Of a stretch of 30,667 nt of DNA, positions 25,499 to 30,667 are shown one piece after another; positions within the stretch are counted from its first letter, which is position 1, and each line of letters starts with the position of its first letter. Source of the stretch: Anaerolineales bacterium (GTDB lineage Bacteria > Chloroflexota > Anaerolineae > Anaerolineales > UBA4823); NCBI GenBank assembly GCA_035529195.1, contig DATKXE010000085.1, positions 1-30,667 on the forward strand, given 5' to 3'. The position numbers and the translations under genes are program-made. The notes beneath the pieces were generated by a model that was given only the letters and a program-made list of their open reading frames with translations, was not told where the DNA came from and made no database searches.

Positions 25499-26266
25499 AT
25501 GGGAAATTCCAATCAAATATTCATCGTAGTACCAACTTACAATGAAGCCGAAAATTTGCCGGAATTAGCTGCGGCATTATTTGCATTGCCTTTGGATGGT
25601 ATCCATATCCTGGTGGTTGATGACAACAGCCCCGACGGTACCGGTGAAATTGCAGAAAATCTCTCTAGAGAGCATTCGGGATGCATAACTGTAATGCACC
25701 GGTCCGGAAAAAAAGGATTGGGCTCAGCATACATCGAGGGATTTCAAAACGCGCTTGGTCAAGGTGCAGATGTAATCGTGCAAATGGACGCGGATTTCTC
25801 TCATCCTCCAGAGAAGGTTAATGAGTTAATTCAGGGCTTGAAAAATTCGGATGTTGCGATGGGATCACGCTATATCCCCGGTGGAAAACTGGATGAACAA
25901 TGGCCTTTATGGAGAAAAAGCCTATCCTCATTTGGTAATTTGTACGCTAAAACAATACTGCGACTGCCAGTGAATGATGCGACTGGTGGTTTTCGAGCAT
26001 GGCGGAAGGAAACTCTCCACGGAATGCCCCTGAATAGAATCAGGTCAAACGGATATGCATTTCAAGTTGAAATGCTCTTTGTAGCTCAAAGGTTGGGATA
26101 TTCTATCTCTGAAGTGCCTTTCTATTTTGCTGACCGTCAATGGGGAATTTCAAAAATGTCTTTCGCGATTCAACTTGAGGCAGCGGTCCGGGTTTGGCAA
26201 ATGCTATACGATTACCGCGACCTTGAAACTTCAACAAATTCAAAACACAGATCTCTGATAAATTAA
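25499..26266 (+). CDS. Polyprenol monophosphomannose synthase-like GT2 (Dpm1/Ppm1 family)
   Basis: Contains VVPTYNEAENL, VVDDNSPDGTG, MDADFSHPP, GSRY, DATGGFRAW and GYAFQVEM. Confidence 0.88.
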   Translation: MGNSNQIFIVVPTYNEAENLPELAAALFALPLDGIHILVVDDNSPDGTGEIAENLSREHSGCITVMHRSGKKGLGSAYIEGFQNALGQGADVIVQMDADFSHPPEKVNELIQGLKNSDVAMGSRYIPGGKLDEQWPLWRKSLSSFGNLYAKTILRLPVNDATGGFRAWRKETLHGMPLNRIRSNGYAFQVEMLFVAQRLGYSISEVPFYFADRQWGISKMSFAIQLEAAVRVWQMLYDYRDLETSTNSKHRSLIN

Positions 26267-26270
26267 TGCC

Positions 26271-27134
26271 TTAGGAATTCTTGGGTGGAATAAGTCTGAA
26301 GTATTCCAAGGTGATCGCATTCCACTCATCAATCGTCAGGGTTTCTGCCCTTCTACGCTCGTCAATATCAACCGCATACAGTAATTCTTCTACTATTTTC
26401 TTATCCAGTCTTAAACCTGCGGACAAGGAATTACGCAGCGTTTTTCGTTTCTGGCTAAAGCCAGCTTTAGCCAAATAGAAAAAAGTTTCCAGATACGCTT
26501 CTGGTATCAATGGAGAAGGATGCATGTCGACCCGCACGATGGCGGAATCGACTTTTGGAGTTGGGTAGAAAGCTTCAGCAGGAATCTTTGATTTAATCAC
26601 CGGATACCCAAAAACCTGAACACTTAATCCCAGAAGGCTGAGTTTTCCAGATGGCGCACAGATTCGATCTGCCACCTCTTTTTGGATTGTCAGGACAATG
26701 TGTTGGGGATGAGCATCGCTGGTCATCAGGTGGCGGATCAAATTTGAAGTAATGTAATAGGGGATGTTTGCGACAACCTGGTAAGGAATTGAAGTCATCA
26801 AGTCGGCCAAATCATATCCAAGAATATCCCCGTGGATTATTTTAATGTTCGCACATGATGCGGTGACCTGGTTCAGAATTGGGATCAAAGCAGAATCAAT
26901 TTCGACCGCGATTACCTCTTTCGCCCTCATTCCCAGCAGGCGGGTTAGATTGCCTACTCCAGCACCAACTTCAAGAACGGTATCCTGATCAGTGATTGCT
27001 CCAGCATCGGCAACACGGGTTAGATATCGCGGATCGATCAAAAAATTCTGCCCCAGGCGTTTGTTGGGCCGGATACCATACTGCTTAAGTAATCCCGGAA
27101 TATCGAGTTGAGGGGGGTTTAGGGGAAAATCCAC
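26271..27134 (-). CDS. rsmA: 16S rRNA (adenine1518/1519-N6) dimethyltransferase
   Basis: Contains KRLGQNFL, VLEVGAGVG, VANIPYYIT, F.PTPKVDS, FSQKRKTL and RRAETL. Start moved to GTG 27134 with GGAG 8 nt upstream. Confidence 0.95.
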   Translation of the reverse strand: MDFPLNPPQLDIPGLLKQYGIRPNKRLGQNFLIDPRYLTRVADAGAITDQDTVLEVGAGVGNLTRLLGMRAKEVIAVEIDSALIPILNQVTASCANIKIIHGDILGYDLADLMTSIPYQVVANIPYYITSNLIRHLMTSDAHPQHIVLTIQKEVADRICAPSGKLSLLGLSVQVFGYPVIKSKIPAEAFYPTPKVDSAIVRVDMHPSPLIPEAYLETFFYLAKAGFSQKRKTLRNSLSAGLRLDKKIVEELLYAVDIDERRRAETLTIDEWNAITLEYFRLIPPKNS

Positions 27135-28477
27135 GCAATATTCTCCGCAGGGGGCCAAAGAAAATAGACCGTCACCCACTGGTGCCAGGAGACATAATCT
27201 TCATCTAAGTAGCCAAGATCGATCATACGACCTTTAATTCCGCCTCCTGTATCGGCTGCCAGCGCCTGCCCATAACCAGGGATATACATGCGGGTCCCGT
27301 AGGGGATATAGCGAGGATCGATAGCCGCAACGCCTTTTGCCAGTGGAACGCCCGTAGCAGTTCCATACCCACCATTACTGGTTACATTGTAGGAGACAGC
27401 ATACAGATCCACTGCTCGCCAATACTTGATCTGCCCGCCAGGTGTATCCAGGGTATGTGGAACGATTTGAGTTCCGTAACCAATAATTTCAGATTGAGGT
27501 TCTTGAGATATATATTCATCTTCAATCTGGCGAGAAACCTCCTGATCATCTTCAATGCGCACCCGGATACGTTTGGTTACCAAACCAAAAACCCCGGATT
27601 GGACGATGTTCTGATGATCGATCTCCAGATCAGCAACTGGTTGAGTCTCTGTTTCGTAAGGAATGGGTTCAGATTCCAGATACAATTCTTCCCGAACGCG
27701 GATCACTTGAATTTCGCCGTCCTGAGGAAGGAGGGAATTTGCCCCAGGACGACTGTAATCCAATCCCTGTAAAGCAAAGCCTGATTCACTTAAAGCCTCG
27801 CCGACAGTACTTGCAGTGGTGTTTGAATTAATAATCCCACCTGAAAATTGGATGGTGATAGTTTTGGATTTCTCCAATTCAGCTTCAACCAGTTCATCGA
27901 GTGGTGTGTCAATAGATGGGGTGATATGATCCCCGGCATCCAGCGTAATTCCGTTCAGCCACAAGGCCTGTCCGAGAGTTGGCGCAGTTGTATGAAAGGT
28001 CTCAGATAGATCTCCTTGAGTCAGCTCGACCGGAATGGACCTTTGAATCTGAAGACTGTGATTTGTACCTGGGGTAAGGATGGTGTCATCTGAGACCAGT
28101 TTTCCATCCAGATAGAGCAGGTCATCTGGCTTAAGCTGCATACCCAGGTCAGATAATATTTCCTCAGGTGAATTTTGACGTGTATAAACGGAATTCGTAA
28201 CTCCATCGGATAGGATGGTGATCCAGGATGCCTGCTCAATGGTAATCACTTTTTCACCAGTAAGGACGGCGGATATAGGGGGTTCGATGGCATCTTCTTC
28301 AGTTAATGATATCCCTTGTTCCTGAAGGAATCCCGAAATAGTCCAGGCTGTGGTTTGGATTTCATTTGGCTGATCATTGATTATGAGTGTCACGGTTTTG
28401 TGGATCCCCTGTGTGATATAAAATATCGCTCCACCGGTCAGCGCCAGGATGATGATTAAAATATACGTCCGTTTCAT
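27119..28477 (-). CDS. YabE-like cell-wall protein: TM anchor, about 4 DUF348 (ubiquitin-like) repeats, G5 domain, 3D (MltA-like) domain
   Basis: Repeats of the type VTLI.ND....I.TTA.T....L...GI.L...D, a G5 domain EPIPYET..QSGVFG..IGYGT, and a 3D motif AIDPRYIPYG..AADTGGGIKGRMIDL. Adjacent to rsmA. Start at ATG 28477. Confidence 0.88.
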   Translation of the reverse strand: MKRTYILIIILALTGGAIFYITQGIHKTVTLIINDQPNEIQTTAWTISGFLQEQGISLTEEDAIEPPISAVLTGEKVITIEQASWITILSDGVTNSVYTRQNSPEEILSDLGMQLKPDDLLYLDGKLVSDDTILTPGTNHSLQIQRSIPVELTQGDLSETFHTTAPTLGQALWLNGITLDAGDHITPSIDTPLDELVEAELEKSKTITIQFSGGIINSNTTASTVGEALSESGFALQGLDYSRPGANSLLPQDGEIQVIRVREELYLESEPIPYETETQPVADLEIDHQNIVQSGVFGLVTKRIRVRIEDDQEVSRQIEDEYISQEPQSEIIGYGTQIVPHTLDTPGGQIKYWRAVDLYAVSYNVTSNGGYGTATGVPLAKGVAAIDPRYIPYGTRMYIPGYGQALAADTGGGIKGRMIDLGYLDEDYVSWHQWVTVYFLWPPAENIAWIFP

Positions 28478-28626
28478 AGCCCCCAAATTCTAACAGAATT
28501 GTAGACCGATTCCGGTCTTCAACAGGGTATCATGGTGTCGACCGGTCTCTACTCGTGATTTCGCATAGAGGCCAGGATTATGCTTCTTTTGGCGGTATCA
28601 TAGGCGAGGCTCCCGATGCTCAATTA

Positions 28627-28652
28627 TGTAACAAAACATAGAAACCAGCGTT
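28627..28652 (+). promoter_or_regulatory. Putative ECF-sigma autoregulatory promoter TGTAAC-N16-CGTT
   Basis: -35 TGTAAC followed by an A-tract, 16-nt spacer, -10 CGTT. This is classical ECF promoter architecture, directly before the sigma gene. Confidence 0.6.
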
Positions 28653-28659
28653 CATAAGG

Positions 28660-29220
28660 GTGGAGGAAATGCCTGATTGGCAGAACTCCGAAGACAGTGA
28701 ATTAATCAGAATTGCTCAGGAAGGTGATTCAGCAGCCTTTGGCGAGCTCTATCAGCGCTACGCTCAGACAATCTTTAGATTTATCTATGCGAACCTGAAT
28801 GATCGCCTCGATGCAGAAGATTTGACCGAAGAAGTATTTTTCCGAGCCTGGCGTTCACTGCCGAAATACCGGCAAAAAGGAGTACCATTCCTGGCCTATC
28901 TCTTTAAAATCGCTCGCAATGTTCTAATCGACTTTTATCGGCGAGCGGGACGGTCCGGGGGGATCATGTCTATAGAAGAAAAACAAATTACCGATTTCAA
29001 TCCTGATCCTGGCGAAACAGCTATACTTAATATCGAACACCAGGAAGTCCGGCAAACACTTACTCAACTGCGGGAAGATTACCGGACAGTGATAGTGCTT
29101 AGGTTCCTCAGCGGGTTGTCCCCTGAGGAGACCGGGCAGGTGATGGGGCGGACGCCTGGCGCAGTAAGGATTCTGCAGCATCGCGCCTTATCTGCCCTGC
29201 GGAGTCTTTTAGAAATCTAG
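28660..29220 (+). CDS. ECF-type sigma-70 factor
   Basis: Region 2 reads AFGELYQRY..DAEDLTEEVFFRAW and region 4 reads GLSPEETGQVMGRTPGAVRILQHRAL. The start is GTG 28660 or ATG 28669. Confidence 0.93.
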   Translation: MEEMPDWQNSEDSELIRIAQEGDSAAFGELYQRYAQTIFRFIYANLNDRLDAEDLTEEVFFRAWRSLPKYRQKGVPFLAYLFKIARNVLIDFYRRAGRSGGIMSIEEKQITDFNPDPGETAILNIEHQEVRQTLTQLREDYRTVIVLRFLSGLSPEETGQVMGRTPGAVRILQHRALSALRSLLEI

Positions 29221-29251
29221 CTGCCTGAATTATGCTCAGCAGCGAGTTGCT

Positions 29252-30559
29252 ATGATAAAGAACACAGCTCGAAACCAAGATGATTTAAGTCGCCTCCTCG
29301 ATTCCTGCCTGGAATTAATTACCAATGGTTCTGCGACGGTTGAAATGGTTCTTGATCAATATCCAGAATACAGTGGGCAATTAAAGCCTCCCCTGGAAGC
29401 TGCTCTGTGGCTGCAATCCCGCAAAGAAGTGTTTAATCCCAGGCCTGGTTTTGTGAAGCTCTCACATCGCAGATTGGTCAACCGCTTCAAGGGACAGGGG
29501 GCAGAAGCTGACACAGCTGAAACGTTCAGCCGGATTCCAGCCTTCTTTCAGGAAAGACGCATCGCGGTTCAATATTCCGCACTGCTGACCCTAACCGCGG
29601 TTTTACTGTTTGTGGGGTATCGCAGTACAGATTTCTTAGTCCAGAGAAGCATTCCTGGCGATCCACTATACAAAACCAAACGGGTCCAAGAAGAACTGCA
29701 TGTCTCCATGTCTACCAATCACAGTCAGCGAACTCGATTGAGAATAAAGTTCGCTCATCGCCGAGTGATTGAGATGCAGGAACTGGTCATGGTTGGTCGA
29801 GATGAGCTGCTTGATGAGACCTTGGAAAATTTTGAATTTCAAATGGCAGAAGCGGCAGAAGGGATCATGATCGTCGCCGAAACAGATCAGAACGATGCGC
29901 TGGTGCTTGCCACCCTCTTAACTGAAACATTGACCGGTCCAGTTAACAGTTTGGTCGGCGTTCTGGACACAAAACCCGAGTTCGCTTCGGCGGACATTAT
30001 CGATTCTATCAACACCCTGACAGCTCAGTTTTTTGATCAATCCCCTAACGATTCATTTCTGGTGTTAAACACCAGCATTCCTGGTAGTACATTTACTGTG
30101 ACATTTACTCCCACAACGGAATTCACTGCCACAGCATACGCCACCACGACAACTGAAGCAAACAATACTCTTCCCTCGCCGATACCGACCACTACAGCGG
30201 TCTCAATCAACGCACTAACCGCCACTCCAACGCCTCAACCCACTCATCCATCAGCATCTTCCCCGGATTCAACAAACACACCGGTTGGGCCAACCAGCAC
30301 GCCTCTACCAACAATCCAACCAACCAATACGCCGCTGCCAACTGTTGCGCCAAGCAATACACCGCAGCCAACAGTTGCACCAAGCAATACACCGCAGCCA
30401 ACCATTCAACCTACGAACACGCCGCAGCCAACCGTTCAACCTACGAACACGCCGCAGCCAACAGCGACGGATGAGCCGCCAGCAACACCCACACCGGAAC
30501 AGACCAAAAAACCTAAGCCTACCCTGCACCCAACCTATTGGCCCACAAATGAAAATTAA
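29252..30559 (+). CDS. Putative anti-sigma factor: cytoplasmic N-domain, one TM helix, DUF5667-like domain, Pro/Thr-rich tail
   Basis: TM segment ALLTLTAVLLFVGY, then SIPGDPLYKTKRVQEEL..RLRIKFAHRRVIEM (DUF5667-like, recognised from memory). Directly downstream of the ECF sigma. Confidence 0.72.
   Translation: MIKNTARNQDDLSRLLDSCLELITNGSATVEMVLDQYPEYSGQLKPPLEAALWLQSRKEVFNPRPGFVKLSHRRLVNRFKGQGAEADTAETFSRIPAFFQERRIAVQYSALLTLTAVLLFVGYRSTDFLVQRSIPGDPLYKTKRVQEELHVSMSTNHSQRTRLRIKFAHRRVIEMQELVMVGRDELLDETLENFEFQMAEAAEGIMIVAETDQNDALVLATLLTETLTGPVNSLVGVLDTKPEFASADIIDSINTLTAQFFDQSPNDSFLVLNTSIPGSTFTVTFTPTTEFTATAYATTTTEANNTLPSPIPTTTAVSINALTATPTPQPTHPSASSPDSTNTPVGPTSTPLPTIQPTNTPLPTVAPSNTPQPTVAPSNTPQPTIQPTNTPQPTVQPTNTPQPTATDEPPATPTPEQTKKPKPTLHPTYWPTNEN
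30290..30469 (+). repeat. Coding tandem repeat, 6 degenerate 30-nt units (P[TS][NS]TP[LQ]PTxx)
   Basis: In-frame units start at 30290, 30320, 30350, 30380, 30410 and 30440, for example ccaagcaatacaccgcagccaac twice and cctacgaacacgccgcagccaac twice. Confidence 0.9.
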
Positions 30560-30590
30560 CTAGCAATTCAAGGTGTAGATTTATAAATTT

Positions 30591-30621
30591 AGGAATCGCA
30601 AACCTGCGATTCCTTTTTTTT
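30591..30621 (+). terminator. Intrinsic terminator of the sigma/anti-sigma operon
   Basis: AGGAATCGCA, AACC loop, TGCGATTCCT (10-bp stem), followed by a T-tract of at least 7 nt. Confidence 0.88.
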
Positions 30622-30667
30622 ATCATCTCGAATGCGGACCGCTACCGGTGAAACCAATCCCTGGTGA

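Noticed and set aside
30290-30469. Repeat array considered as CRISPR
   Set aside because: The units are contiguous, degenerate, in-frame coding repeats without unique spacers, and there are no cas genes.
30622-30667. Possible 3' end of a minus-strand gene at the window edge
   Set aside because: Too short to support any call.
1-30667. rRNA, tRNA, transposase, integrase, prophage or defence genes
   Set aside because: None recognised. Nearly all sequence is explained by the listed CDSs. A covariance-model search (Rfam, tRNAscan) of the intergenic gaps would be the decisive check.

Overview
A gene-dense bacterial window of roughly 43% GC by eye. The gene set suggests Chloroflexota, probably Anaerolineae: an Flp pilin, LexA with a GAAC-N4-GTTC box, futalosine-type menaquinone genes, a DUF5667-type anti-sigma and V4R/Roadblock proteins. 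This taxonomy is inference, not a database result. From left to right: (1) a minus-strand operon of a 48-aa Flp pilin missed by the ORF track, a PglC/WcaJ-type phosphoglycosyltransferase and a stand-alone ThDP-dependent E1 alpha/beta pair that runs off the window edge; (2) a secreted triple lamin-tail-domain protein; (3) lexA with a clear promoter and SOS box, divergent from an acetyltransferase, GT4, FkbM, GT4, GT4 glycan-modification operon; (4) a 14-kb co-oriented minus-strand block of mqnL/ubiD, a NitT/TauT-type ABC transporter, mqnP/ubiA, an L,D-transpeptidase, a membrane Fe-S/CCG oxidoreductase, fused E1, E2 and lpdA; (5) Roadblock/LC7, V4R and polyprenol-P-mannose synthase; (6) a YabE-like DUF348/G5/3D protein with rsmA, divergent from an ECF sigma and a DUF5667-type anti-sigma with a Pro/Thr repeat tail. 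No rRNA, tRNA, CRISPR array or mobile element was recognised. The best candidates for undescribed biology are the pilin-PglC-E1 operon, the ABC importer inserted between mqnL and mqnP, and the GTPase-less Roadblock-V4R pair.
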